A stretch of 64,000 nt of DNA from Raillietiella orientalis (lineage: Eukaryota): NCBI GenBank assembly GCA_036172245.1, contig JAYWIR010000007.1, positions 1,178,001-1,242,000 on the forward strand. Reading direction: 5' to 3'. Positions 12,161 through 25,543 of the stretch are shown here, in pieces (within the stretch, counting starts at the first letter, position 1; each line of letters begins with the position of its first letter). The notes beneath the pieces were generated by a model. The model was not told where the DNA came from, did no database searches, and saw only the letters and a list, made by a program, of their open reading frames with translations. Made by a program: the position numbers and the translations under genes.

Positions 12161-13604
12161 CATCGACCGCAGCTTTCGAGCATCTTCCCGCGTGCTGGCC
12201 CGCCCTGCATCTCCAGCCATCTGCGGCGTCCTTTGCCGGTAGTGAATACCAACGCGCTTTTCGCTCGCAGAATAAGACACACTCTACGATGCCAACACAC
12301 GCTGGACACGACGTGCTCCTTGACCACAGAGAACGCACACAACACAAAAAGGAAATTTGCAGAGGGAATGCACAGTCACCTGATCAGGGTGGAAGCTTTC
12401 CCTGGAATGAAAAAACATCGGATGCTCCGTTGGAACGGTCGACGACGGAACGACGATAGCGGCGGCCAAAGAAGCGAATGGGCTTCCCCTTTCGAACGAG
12501 CGTTCTGACGGTGCCGGGAAGACGGGCTGGCGGCACACAAACGCCCAGCCCACCCTACACTCGGTGTATGTCGCGTGAGCCTTTCAGCTGATCACCTACG
12601 CCTAGTAGGTAGGTCGGGCGTTAGCCTGTCTGGCAATCAGGCGAGGTGGGCGCGTGTGCCACGCACAGAGCTTAGAGGAAGCTCCTTCTCCGTTCGCCTT
12701 CCTTCGGGCAGGCTTCTGAGAAGGGCCTCCCGCTGCACACGAGAGCGAGAGGCTCCCTCACAGCGGACGCTCTGCCCCCGGGGACCCTTCCCTTCGCGCT
12801 CCAATGGGACGAAAGGAGTTCGCACTTTCCCCTCTTCTTACCCAAAGCAGGGGCTCCGTCGCCAGAAGCGCCCGAGGCACCGATGTTTGAAGGTGCGCAC
12901 GGGAATCCGCCGAAAAGGGCAAAAAGCACCATCGGTACGACCTGGAAAACAGCGGGGCGCCAGTCGTGTTCACAACGGCACGTCAGGCGGGATGCGGGTC
13001 CGCCGCGCATCCGAATCCACAAGGAGAAAAATAAGACAACAGGAATTTCCATCATTCATATGAAAAGGAGGATGCGCCGAATGGATTGATACAGAAGAGC
13101 ACCCAGTTGCATACACTAAAATCAACATGTAACCCATCATAGCAGCGCATGTGCCGACGAGGGTACGTATGTAGAAAACAGTGGGCATACATTCACATCG
13201 ATGAATACATTCCAAAATGTTTATTATCAGAGTACAATGTTTGATACCAGTATATACACATATGTAAGTTGATGCGAACACGTACATTGATGCATATTTC
13301 TGTTCATAGGTGACTCGTTAAATACATGTATAAATAAATAGGACGAGAGATTGATCAAAGAATGCATGTAGATATGGATAGATACATTAATATCAATCGG
13401 CAGTCGTGAATACACATATATACAGTTGTACCACCATCAGTAAGCATTAGCCTACAAGTTCCATCGTGAAGTGCATGCCGTCCCAAACCGAAGAGTGTTG
13501 AGGAAGGCAACACCGCTTCCTTGCGATGATTGCATTGGAATGCCAGACCGGAAACACCTTTCCCAGTGTCCACAGCGGGAGACGGTGCGGGAAGGAGGAG
13601 GTGG

Positions 13605-13605
<1 letters not shown>

Positions 13606-13653
<48 letters not shown>
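13606..13653. repeat. (CA)24 microsatellite
   Basis: Directly visible. Confidence 0.97.
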
Positions 13654-13657
<4 letters not shown>

Positions 13658-14921
13658 GGGAAGGGACCACGAGTTCTTCTCCGGAGCAGACCTCCATCTG
13701 GAACGCTTTGGTGGGCTCCCTCCTGCGATCTTCATTTCTTCTTTGCCCGCTCCTTCATGCGAGGAAGATGTGGACGCAGCGCCAATCGCGAAAAGCCCTG
13801 TGGAGGCTTCCAGGTGTCCAATCCGTTCAAACGACTTGGAGGAGCCGCGTCGGGATGCTGCTTTGGGCACGCTGACGATGGAAAGGTGCAGTTTGGGATG
13901 TGTGTGGATCATCGCGCATTCTCATGGCGTGCACCTGCGTGACTCATTGTGCGGGGAACAGCAGTCAGTCGTCTAGTCGGACTTGGTGACGGGGCGAGCT
14001 GTCCCGTGGCCACGGGAAACACCGTCTTCGTGCGGAAGCGCACACGCGGGACGACAGGATGCGGATGATGCATCAAGGCGCCCAGCGCACCAGCAGACCG
14101 CAATCGACAAGTGCAAGGCAACAGGCAGGCGGAGCGCCTGCTGGGATCCACAGGAAGTGAACGCGGCATTCAAGCGCTTAGGCCACCGCGCGCGGTGGTT
14201 CACGACAGCGAGACCATGGTACGGGCAGGAAGACGTGCTGCGACATGGCGGCACCCACGGCAGCGCTCGCCGTGCCCATGTTGGCGGCTTTCGCGAAGCG
14301 CGCAAGGCGGACGTTCCTTCGGACAAGACGCCGATTTCGACGTGGCGAGGGAGCGACCGCAGCAGGCGCGGCAGCGACCAGCTGTCGATGCCCGCCAGCC
14401 CCACCCAACGCCTGCCGACTGACCGACTGCAAGACAGCTCGACGCTGCCCAACCACTCATCCCCGTCTGGACGTGTTCGCGAGTGTCCCTATGGCGGGGC
14501 GAAAAGGGCTTGCAATGCACCGCTTGCAGTTCATTCAGTTCGGAAGAGCGGGTCTCCGCGGCAGGGGTGATGCGTACGGGGAGGCAGTGTCCAGCGCGAG
14601 TGCATGCTGCAAGGCGTGCAGCATCGCGTCCACATCTCCGCAAAGGACGCTCACAACGTTCCTGGTCGCAACCGTCCGTAAAGTGCAACCGTGGAGCAGC
14701 AGGAGTTCCTCGAAACAACGTGCTCTCCCCTACTCGGAGCCAGCGTTTCCTTCTCTTCTTCGCTGTTGTCTTTTTGTCTTTCACCACCAACGCGCGCTCA
14801 GCGTCTCACTTCACTCATCCGACCTGGTGCACGGACATTTCAGCCTGTTTTCAGCTTTTCACCGTTACCAAGGCAACTCTCGGGCGTGGTAAGGAAAAGA
14901 AAAAAAACTCTTCTTGGCAAG

Positions 14922-15350
14922 ATGTTTCCGAGAAGCGCCCTTGCAAAAGCAGGAGTTGTGGTGTGCGCGTTGGGAGCTGCGGCGGCCGCATACTGCTACC
15001 GCAAAAAGGTGAGTGGTTTACCCTACTGTTCCTTACCCGCTTTGTTTCCGCCCTTGTTCTTTTCAGATCTTGGGCGCGGTTCAGCAGCTTTGGAAGCCGG
15101 ATACTAACGAGGAAACCGCCAAAGAGCGGATGCTGGATGAGAGATTGCAGCGTGCACTGTCGGGGGGCGGTGCACGCTGCCGGGAAGGCGCCGGCCAGGC
15201 TGTTGTTAGCTGTTGCCCGGGGGAGGAAGAGGAACCTCCCCTGGTGGTAGTTTGGGTGAGTTTCGGGTGCACGCGCCACTCACCCCCTGCCCCGTCTTCC
15301 AGGAGTCGCGTGCCTGGAAAGAGTTCACGCGGAACCACCCTCCAAAATAG
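14922..15350 (+). CDS. Orphan 107-aa protein with N-terminal signal anchor, 3 exons
   Basis: Exons 14922-15008 (AAG|gtgagt), 15067-15255 (ttcttttcag| ... TGG|gtgagt) and 15303-15350 (ctcac...cttccag|); both introns phase 0 (58 and 47 nt); AATAAA at 15391-15396. Protein MFPRSALAKAGVVVCALGAAAAAYCYRKK-ILGAVQQLWKPDTNEETAKERMLDERLQRALS...PPLVVVW-ESRAWKEFTRNHPPK*. No family recognised. Confidence 0.55.
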
Positions 15351-16249
15351 GCGCGCTGTTGGGCACCTGGGGGGAGGTGCCCAACTCCAAAATAAACCGA
15401 GTTGTACTGGAGCGTTCTCCTGCTAGTTTTCCGGGGTAGCCGGGAAGAGGGAGGGGTGGTGCTCCAGCGGATGTCGCAAGAGAGACGGCGGCAGCGCCGC
15501 AGCTCCAAGGAAAGAAGTAGCGTTCTGCGAGAAAGGGGAACGGAGACCTCCCCAAGTGATCAGCCCTGGAGCGGCAGGCCGTCACAGAGGCGGTTCAAAA
15601 CGAAGCTCCGCACATCCGGACCGGGATCTTGGAGCAGGAGCAGTCTTTGCCCCGTCTGGAGCAGCTGGAGGGCGGAACCAGGGAAGGCTTTGGCGCAGGA
15701 AAGAGAGTGAGAGAGATAAGCCGCAAGTCCGGCGTCGGACCCTCGACCGTCCCGCGCTCAGGTGATGACCGAGCGAATAAGAAAGCCAGGCTGCTCTGGG
15801 CAGGGCAAAGAGGGCTGGCGACACCCTTCGTCCGGTGCTCCTGTGGTAGCGCGCAGCCTCCGCAAAGAGTCGAGGCGACCCGGGAACCGATCCGATTAAC
15901 CTCTAGGGGGGGAAGCTATTGACTCTTGCCTGCCATTACCGCGTTTGGCGGCTCACGGAGATGCCGGCAGGGTTGGAAGACCCTGTCATCGAACCTCCGG
16001 CTCGCATTCAGCCGCTCCTCTCCTGATTCCAGGAAGCTCCCTGCTCAATCCCAGCGGAGTTCCCATCCACGTAGGCGACAGGGCAACGAACTGGGTTGGA
16101 TAGGTCATGGAGCTGGCATGTGCGTGAACAGAGAGAAGTCGGTGGTTCCGGTTGGTGCAGCGTGGACTGGTCCACAGGAATCCATATGGGGATCCTCACG
16201 GGCAGGTGCTTGCAGTACCTTGGAGTTCCGTCGAGGAATTTTTGCATAG

Positions 16250-16840
16250 CAGATACCTGCTAGCTGCTTCGCACCGGGTCCAGCTGCCTCCCAAAGGCAC
16301 AATCGGCGCTCGACCCGTTCCCAAGTTCGTCTTGCGGAAAGGGGCCGCAGAGTGGAGCACGGACGTGGCTCCCCTTTTCCGCCCCTTGCATTTTGGGTCC
16401 CTCTAAGAGGAATGTGAAGAAGCGAACCGAGGATGCATCACATTGTGCTGTGAAGTCCCGGTGCATCCAGCCTTTCTTCTCCCACGCTGCCGGTGGCTTG
16501 CTGGACAAGAAGACATGCAGGTGGGCACCAGGTAATGCTCCATAATAATTTTTCCACGAGGACAAGTGTTCCAAACTGAAGTTGCAGCTCCATTCGTTCC
16601 AGCGTCAGGAGGTCTAGACCGCCGTCCCGGAGAGAAGAGCACAAGTCCTTTAGGCGGACTCTGGGACTCCATTTCCCCCAGAGAGCGATCCGGAGGAGGT
16701 CCTTTGTCCGCTTTCTAATGATGCATGACGGTGGGCAAACAAAAAGCAAGGGGAGGAGGAGGGGGGAAGCCTCTTTGGTCCCCCTTCACGCGACGTTCTT
16801 CGGCGCGCAGCCGGTTGGGAGGAAGCCGCTTCCTCCATTC
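16250..16840 (-). mobile_element. L1/Tx1-like ORF2 fragment (post-RT region)
   Basis: LFVCPPSCIIRKRTKDLLRIALWGKWSPRVRLKDLCSSLRDGGLDLLTLERMELQLQ matches the W...RV....L......GGL.L motif seen in the other LINE copies here. Confidence 0.7.
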
Positions 16841-16849
16841 CTCATAATC

Positions 16850-17849
16850 ACAACAGGATGAAGGCCTTGGACCTGCTTCCGCGGATGAACATGTGGATCT
16901 TCCACCTGCCCCTGAATTGCGACGCCCGGCGGCAGCAGGTTACGAGCACGTGAATTCTCATAGCCCGCCCTGAGGCAGAGCTGCTACGTCCCATCCGCAA
17001 CCTGGAAGCAGTCTTCTTGGAGGAAGTGAAAGAAGACCAGAAAAACTGGGCCCGAAAGTGTGACTCGAAGTCGCGGCGCTCTCTTTCCTATAGGGTAGGA
17101 ATAGCAGTTGCCAGCGAGCCGTGTGAGTGAGATTGTGGCAGGAGAGACGAAGCTTCTGGGCCAGTGGAGTGCAGGATGGTTGGCTGACGAGGAGACACCC
17201 GGTGTCCGTTCCAAAGGACTGCCCTGGAGGAGATCCCTTTGACGGTGATGCGACCCTTCCCTCTACCTGTACAGCTCTGCGCTCCCCGTCAGACGGCAGG
17301 GAGAGGAGACTTTGCTGTTCATTCCTTGTCCGTGCAACCAGCGGCGCCATCGCTGGGGTGAGAAGAGGAACCTTCCCGATCCGCGCCAGCTGCAGGAAAG
17401 TGGAAACTCCCACGCGCCTGCCACTGAAATGCGGGGATCTCGATAACACGCGGAAATGCTTGGCGGCTGCTCTGCTCGGATCCGAACACACTCCGAAGGA
17501 GCTGCTGCGGTGCCTGCTCACGAGGGATGGCCTTTCTCCCCTTCCTGCGTAGCCTCAGGAGGATCGCAGAGTCCCAAAACACCGAGGAAGAAGATCCTTC
17601 ACCGCAGCTCCTCAGTCGTGAGGATCATGGCAAAACGGCCTCTGAGGGCTGCCAGAGTCGATGAGGACGCCGTCTGCACCCCATGCAGAAGGCCGACCCG
17701 GCGGGCGTGACCGGTGACCTTTGTTCCTCCCTCCCTTTTCTTTCTCTATTTATTGTCCTTTTCCCTATACCCTCTATGGCCCTCGGTACATTTTCTTTTT
17801 CTCCTCCTCTGGATCTTACAAAGATCAGTGGATTTCATAATGCACATTG
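16850..17849 (+). mobile_element. L1/Tx1-like LINE family B, degenerate ORF2 C-terminus and 3' UTR
   Basis: Degenerate CCHC finger RASCRKVETPTRLPLKC in ORF 17127-17552; the last about 380 nt match 697-1092. The left boundary is approximate. Confidence 0.7.
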
Positions 17850-20799
17850 ATTACCTTAGAACATAATAATGAAAGTATGGAAAAAACAGATTCAATGCAA
17901 TAAACCAATATGAAATTTTGTGAGCAGTTTTGCTCCACAGAAGCCAAATGGGTGCCCTAAAGAATGTCACATTCCATCACCAGGAAGTAAGGCTAAATTA
18001 ACAAGAAAGTGGGACTCCAAAGGAGTGACACCATTTGAGTATTCTGAAAACGGGCCATCCTTACGGCAGCTATGCTAAGACCGGTGATGCTTGGGGCAGT
18101 CATTTCCTAGAAGGCTTTCCTCGTCCAATTTAGCCATATCATGAGAGCTGCACTCACATCTCGGTCCGTCTTTAGGATCCTCAAATTATGTCACTCGGGA
18201 AAAAGCGAGCTCGTATCAAGCAAGCTGTTGCAGTAAAGAGGCTGTTTCTCATCAGGGATCTCCATGGACCATTTCACGGAATCCGGATGGAGGCCATAAT
18301 TTCGTGGTCAGGTGAAAACATCAGAAGTCATCGGCAGAAAAAGCTCATAAGGATCAAGACTGCACGCAACTTTCGATAATGTGACACACGTTTGACAAAA
18401 CGTCAAGCAAACCATTTTCACGAATTTCTCTCAATGTGCAAAGACCTCAAATGACAGAGTGTACAATAAGGGAAAGCACGAAACCTTTCCATGTGAAACA
18501 CTGAGAAAACCTTTCCGTGCTGCTGCTAATAATCTGTGCTTTCAATCTGGAAATGATATATCCATCGGAAGAAACAGCTCTCTCAGTTGTAAAAAACCTA
18601 CCTATGATTTCATGGATGCAAAAAAAAAAAGCAAAACTACATGAACTTTTCCACAAATCAGTCGCTCCGTTTTTTTTTTTCTTCTTTCCCCTATGAAGCT
18701 GCAAAAGCGTCAGTGATAACTTTCTTGTAATATCACGTAGAGATGAAAGGAAAACAACCACTGCACGCGGAGACATATTCGATTTTTCAGAAAATGAAAA
18801 CACTAAGATTCCCATCAGAAACAATTCGCATCCTTGCTGAGAATAAGATCGGTAGGGAATGGGTAGAACCAGCCCCACGGCACGATTCACGGAAGCTCGC
18901 GTAGGGGCGGCAAGCAAAGGGATGCGCTTCGGATTGGTCTGTCAGCTATCGCCCGAATGGTCCCTTTCACCTCGCATCTTAGATTGGACCACCTGTTTGC
19001 ATCTCTTCGAGCGATAATGTCCCACTTTGAAATGCAACGATATTCAAAAGTCTTATCGTGGGGGGTTCTTAACAGCAGGATAACGAATTTCTCATTAGCA
19101 GAGGACTTTTTGAATGGGTGGTAATGCAGAGGATGGATATGGAGCAAGATTACCTCTCCCAGTTGATCAGACGACAGCAATAAATCGAGCTCATTTCCCA
19201 GAACGGCCACCTTTTCGATTTTATGGAGGAGGACGGACGAACAAAGAGGCATAAGAGTGACATCAGAGTGTGCAACATCTTGTGTTAGGATAAGGCAATC
19301 ACAGTTGTCGGTGGGAAGAATAGGGGTCAACCATTCTGGTGCCCGTTCAACGGAAAGAGATGTGTATAAAATCTAGCGGTTTGAGAAATACAAGGCGTAA
19401 GCAAAAAGAAAGGCATCCTCGAACCCGGCTTGGCGTTTAGAGGTGGCAGAGAGACCTGGTTTTCAATTCGCTCATCCCGTTTTGCAAGAAGCTGTGCGGA
19501 ATGCGCGCGGAACAAAAACTGAGCTCGACCGATTCCAAAGTTGCAGGAAGACTGACCGCGACTCTCTGTGCCCTCCCTCCGAAATCTCCTTCGTTCCGTG
19601 TGGATGCTCTGCCAACTGTTAGTGCCTTCCCTCTCCGATGTTGGGATCCGAGAGTCGCCGCTTGCGGGAAGCCTTCGAAACACGTTCGAAAAAAAACACA
19701 CACCCTTCGCGAGGCGGCACGGGGTGCTATGACGTCAGGATGCGTGCCTTCAGCATGGAGGCCAACGCGGCAGGAAGAGCGAAGAGTGGGGCGACTGCAC
19801 CGCCTCGACGTATGAGTTTCGCGGCGAAGCGTAGCGAGGCTTTGGGTGGGCCCGTTTTAGGTGGTTCTCTACGTAGGAGCGTAAAGCTGCTGCTCTTGGA
19901 CCTCGAAATGGGGGGCTGTGGGGAGGATGCGGTTTCTCTAGACGTCTGCGACGTCTAGAGAAACCGCATCTGCGACGGTAGGGAGAACTGCCAGCACCGG
20001 ACCAGACTTTTAAGCGAGCGACTCGCCCCGTCTCGGGTCCGACTTCGCTGCAAGGCGTCGTGGCGCGACCCAAGACGGGGTGATCCCAAGCGACCCGGAT
20101 CCTGGGTAGATGCAGCACGGGATCCCTGATGCCGTCTCAGCCAGCCTCGCCTCCGGCGGCCGGTTCCGTTCGAAACCTTTCGAAGCGGGCGAAGACCGGA
20201 AGTGCTCCTGTCGCACGAGCGCGACGGTAACAACCCGGCACCCATTAGTTCCGGCATCCTCCGCGTTCCCGTCGGGGCGCAAGTGCAGCCCGGCCAGAAT
20301 GTGAGACGGGAATCTGCCGAAAGAGGGAGGCGCGGGCGGAGCGGGCGAGCCTGCACGTGAGAGAGGACGCGGTGAATCGGTTCCGATGGCGCCGGCCAGA
20401 AGCACGGCGCCATCGGACCTGCCAGAGCGGAGGAGTGTTCCAAGCACCTCGCCGGAATGATCACCGACCCGCTTCGCAGGGGGAGCGGGAAAGGAGAAGA
20501 AATGCTCTTCGTCAGTAGGGTTGACCCCGCTCCACGGGTGACCCTACTGGACAAGGTGGAGCCTTTCCGGCCAAGTCCAGTGCGCGGCGGCGATCCCCTG
20601 ATGAGCTCCTTGGGACTTCTCTCGTTTTCCCGTTCGGTTTTCTGTGCCTTCTCCTGGACTTCCCACTGACTTTCATCCCACTTCCCGCTCTCAGTCTCCT
20701 TGTGCAGCGGCGAGAGCGTCCCTGCAAAGAAGTGCAATAGAAAACCCGCACCGACGTCTGCTTGTCACGAGGAGTTTATTTTTCCTCCGGGAGCGTCGG

Positions 20800-21600
20800 G
20801 GAGCGGTGCCTCGCCTAACCGCTGCCGCGCCGTCGTCTCGGGCCCCTGGGTCGCTGCTGCACGGAGCTGGACGAGGGTGCGGAGAGCTTCCTCACCCTTC
20901 CATGCCCCCGGGTCGCGGACGACCTCCCGCGTCCGGATCCTCCTCCTAGGTTCTGCGACACGTTCCAGCTCACGGAGAGGGGATGTTGGCGGCTGCTGCC
21001 CGCCTTCACTTTCGGCAGCAGCATCACCTTCTTCGGACCGACGATCCGCGCGGTACGGGCTTTATGGGAGGTCAGCGCCGCCGCCTTGGGCCCGGCTGTG
21101 AAATCAAAGCTCCTCCAGGACTCCCGGGTGGCCGCGGCGCGCGCGGTTTCCAACCTCGTGCTGGAGGGCGCTGCCCTCCCCTGCGTTATCGGGCGGCCTC
21201 TCCGCCGAGAGGGAACCACAATCCTGACCCCGCGTCTGGGTCTCCTCCGCGAAGATTCCTCCTCCGTTCCCGCCAGAGCCGTTTTCAAGGCAGGTCTTCT
21301 CGTCCGCAGCGTCGTCTCCGACGCTGACGTCCCCATCTTCGGGAGGCCAGAGATCCTCCCAAAGATGGAGGGAATCCTGTGGGCCGCGTCCGCGCTGTGT
21401 GACTCGATTCTCGTCACGGTAGATGGCCTCGTCGCGGCAGGAGGGGCATCTTGGCTGGCGGCAGACTGGCCAGGGTTCTTCTGGAGATCCATTGGCAGAG
21501 AGAAAAGAAGCCTTCGGCCTTCTTACGACCCGAGTTGAATTTGTGAAGAGCCCGAGACAGAATCTTCCGAGTCTGTTGCCGGGAAACCAGGTAATTGTTG
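20800..21600 (-). mobile_element. Possible LINE ORF1 remnant
   Basis: ORF 21492-20815 contains RISGLP...ALKTALAG...RESWRSFDF, loosely resembling the RRM-type ORF1 of L1/Tx1 elements; no intact zinc knuckle. Confidence 0.25.
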
Positions 21601-24600
21601 TTTCCTTCCCTGCAGGCGTGCGCGCGCGCATGTCGCCGTCAGTCCTTCACTCCTTCCTCCCACCCACTTCGACGGTGATGCGCGAAAGCACGAATCGTCG
21701 CGAGCGCGCTTCTGGACATGAGCTGGGAAAGGGTGCGTCCGAAGACAGCTGGAAAAGGCAACTCCCCCTCTCTTGAGGATGGTCGAGGCGGGTAACCAAA
21801 CTTCCGAAAGGTTCCTGCAGAAGCGGGAAAGGAGGGAGGAGAAGGGGGTGTGATGGCTGCCTTGGCAGGTTGCACTGCGTTTTGTTCTCATGCTGAACCC
21901 CATGTTGAGCGCATGCGAGAAGTCGGCGACTCCTCCCAGATGTCTTCTGGAGCAGCATCCACGGGGGTCCCAGGTAGCCCGAAGCGCCCGCGGAACTCTG
22001 TTTCCCGAGCATCTGGTCCACCAACGGCATGAGGATGACCCCGGACAAGGGCAAGATCACATGGCACCTCACTTCAGCCTGGTGCTTCGCGTGTCTTCCT
22101 CATCAAGTATCTTTGGCCTCGGTCGTTTGCCGAACGGAGGGAAGGGGGGGGAGGAGAAGATACCGCAGCACCACTCGGCGTCAATCACACGAGTAGATGT
22201 CTGAGGCCATCTGTGCGACGTAAGACATGCGATGATGCCGAATTCTGCCTTTGCGATTCTCACGGCTGGACATCCGAATCTCAACACACTCGTGGTTGCG
22301 AGAAGTGTCGCTCCAAGGAATTAAATGGGGAGGTTCATCTGCGGAACCAAAAGACCAGAACTCGAGAAGCTCTAAGCGGCTTTCGGAGCCTCACACTTGG
22401 ATGTGCCGAGCAACTAGGAAGCCAACAGTTCAGCCTCCGTCCGGTCGTATCTCAGGCTTGTGCAGGCACACTTGGAACCTTTCGCAGCTGAGGTCGTGTG
22501 AGTCCATACCGAAACGGAACGGAAGGAAAGCACCGAACACAGAAACTTGATGTTTGTCACAGAAGCCGACGAGGTAGATAAGGGGATGAAATTTTCAGCT
22601 CACTGATGAGAATAGTTGTAATGTTTAGCCTGAAGTACAAACACAGCATAAATCATCAACCGGAAGTTCATTGAGATGAGAGTTGAGTTTCCATTAAGCA
22701 CACGTGTGAGTTAAGGTGGGTACTGACAACTAAGAAGAGCACAAAATTCTCGATCGTGTCCATAACCGAAATACCTATCACCCATAACGTAATTGCTCCG
22801 TAATGCTCATAGTATCGTATGCTGATGGGTCCACTTTGCTCCCTGCGAACCTCCATTTCACCCTGAATTTTGCCGTTTCCTTCCTGATCCTCCTTTCCTG
22901 TAGTGGCTGTCTCACGACTCTTGGTTGAAACGAAGGGGGACCCATATTGGAGAATAGAGAGCATGCTCGTTACATCCAGCAAGTACGGGAGAAACTTCTG
23001 GCTTAGCTTGAAGCAATTTTAATGATGTACACAGGACATTGAGGCCACGAATTTACAACATGGAAACTCACACATGTTCGTTCACCTGAAAGATTTGCCA
23101 GCCAAATTCTCCCTTTGTTTTACATAAAATTTTTTCCTTATTCTTGCATTTTAGACTGAAAAAACAGCAGAATGTTTTCCCAAGAGTGAAAAACATCGGA
23201 ATCTGAGGTCTGTTTCCATGCTTGAGAACGTTCTCCCGCCGCGGAATCCACAATATGCTTAGAAATTGCAAGTGTTTCACCATAGAAGAGCACCTTTCTC
23301 GGATTCGAAGTGACAAAGTTACGACATGCTTTCTGTTCGTAAACTGTGGCCAAAGACATGCTCTTAACGGTGGCAAGAAACGGGGAAGCAAGGTGTTTAA
23401 AAGATGTGAGCGACGCAAAACAGAGCCGAAAACAGCCTCCATCGGTCGAAAGATGTGTTTCACTCTGCGCGCAGCCTCCCAGTAGCAAAACGAAACGAAC
23501 GAGCACCAACGAAGAGTTAACTGTAGTCGAAATCAGTGAATCCGTAGCGGGGGAAAAAATCGTGAAAGCTTTCACGACACAGGAAGAGGGTCTCATTTTC
23601 CATTTTTTATATAAAATTGGAAAATACACGGAGAATGCGTGTAAACTGAGAGAGTGCGCCCACAAGAAGACTAACATTAAGCTTTTGCATCCTTCTGCAT
23701 TTAAAATTGCAGGTCTTTTGAAAAGGAACTACGCCAGAGTGAAATGACAAGCAGATTGAATGAGCAAAACCTCCATTCTTGGATACCTTGGAGATGCGAG
23801 CAAAAAGTGGCACTACAGCTAAGGATGTTGACCAGCCTGTGACACGAATTCCCGACCCGGCTCGGTTGCATTCGTTCTGTCAACTGACGAATACAGTTAT
23901 GTCCTCATGAGTGCCTTGCATTGTGAGCTACATCTCTACCTGTGGGTTTCATGGCTAAAATCCAGGTTTATGTTCTACACTTGGGATTTTTTCCTTTGGA
24001 TTGTTCTAGATAATTATTAAATCTAGATGATCAAAAATAGTTGGAAGGCACATTGAAACATACCAGTTCACTTGATACCTGGATCATTTATTAGGAAGGA
24101 ATAAGAAAACAGGCATAAAATCCTAGTACTTGTCCTTGAAATATCAAATGATATGTACTGGACAAGAAAAACTTAATAACTGTGACATTAAAACAAATAG
24201 AAAAAAAATATTCACTTTATAAAAAATGTAAAATACTCTCGCATTTTTGAGGGGGAAAAAAAAAAGGCAACAGAAAACATATCAATTAATCAATATGACT
24301 GCAAACAACTTGTGAATTTTAACGATAAAAGTTTCCACATCCAAGGCATAATCCTTTGAACCTTTCAAAACTGTATGAATTCAGAAAAATTTCTGTACAA
24401 CTGGAGAAATTCTTAACTTTTGTTTTTTATGTTGTAAACATGCTTCCTCGTGTATGTTCTTTCAATGCCTAAACAATCCGTAATTTTCAATACCAGGACA
24501 GGCATGCACACTAAATCCCTGAACAGTGCAAAATCCTGTTGGATGACCATATTTGGATTATTACTTTTAAGACAAAAAATATTTTAATTGACTAGAAAAG

Positions 24601-24948
24601 TCTGCTAAAAATGAACTTGTTGGAAAATATTTTCTAATTAAGCATACGACAAGAAAAAAGTCCTTTCTTTTAATAGATATGCAATGACACATAAAATAGC
24701 ACATCAAGCACTTCATACTACATTGTGGTATTGTTTTTTTCCCGTTTTTCAACCTAACTTGACATCTCACAGGAATCTACCATGAATGTGCATAACTGGA
24801 GCCCAAGAAGATTGCTGCAACAAAGGAGTGAAGCTGATTTCATACTGCAACACCAGAATTCAATCAACGACTTTTACAGGTACAGCCGCTTCATGTTAAT
24901 GATTCTGAATGATTACTACATTTTCCTTTCTGAATGTTGTTTGTTGCC

Positions 24949-25277
24949 TCAAAAGTCTAAGAGCTAAACAATCTTACAATGAGTAAACTATGAAATAACT
25001 AGTATGGTTTACCAACTGAGGTAGTACTTTTTGCAATTCCTGACATGTCACTTGTGTAGAGCTTTGGTTTTCTGCTTGTGCAGCTGCCCTCAGACCAGCT
25101 TCCTGCCAAAAAACGTGCGTTATTTCATAGAGCAATTTTAGAGCTTCTTCAGTTATCTCTATATTTTCATCATCTGCAAATAAATCTAGTATTTCTGGTG
25201 TCAGTTCCTGGAAAAGAAAAGTCATCAAACTGTTAATGGTCTGATCTTATATCACACATAATTCATCTTACAGACAT
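24949..25277 (-). CDS. CENPX: Centromere protein X / MHF2 (histone-fold protein), 71 aa
   Basis: Exons 25277-25272 (ATG TCT|gtaag), 25207-25013 and 24963-24949; GT-AG introns of 64 and 49 nt. Protein MSELTPEILDLFADDENIEITEEALKLLYEITHVFWQEAGLRAAAQAENQSSTQVTCQELQKVLPQLLLDF* ends with the characteristic CENP-X LxKVLPQLLLDF. The 6-nt first exon is the least certain part. Confidence 0.9.
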
Positions 25278-25543
25278 ATATATCACAATCTAAAGAGTAT
25301 ATTGATGTACAATCACATAGTATAAAATCACATATGTAATCACAATTCTTGCAGAATTCAGATATAAAGTAATAAATTATAGATGAGGCATAATACATAA
25401 AAAAAAACAAACACAAAAATGCACATTTTCCAGATACCAAAGAGTTCCAAAACATCACAATTTTCAGGCCTTGAGGCAATTCACAGAATACATAAATGGC
25501 AGTCACAGTTATTTATAATTGTCAAAAGTCACATAATGATCAC

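Noticed and set aside
13355..13976. ORFs with CVCVCV or HTHTHT runs as metal-binding proteins
   Set aside because: Translation artefacts of the (CA)n microsatellite.
697..17849. About 390-bp direct repeats 16.8 kb apart as the LTRs of a giant element
   Set aside because: The right copy is continuous with a LINE CCHC-finger ORF, no TG...CA ends, PBS or shared TSD were seen, and the copies are clearly diverged. They are better explained as two LINE 3' ends.
23070..23747. ABC-transporter-like words (MFVHLKDLPAKF; ESVAGEKIVKAF) suggesting a bacterial gene transfer
   Set aside because: The spacing is too long, the expected transmembrane helices between them are absent, and no Walker motifs follow; probably chance.
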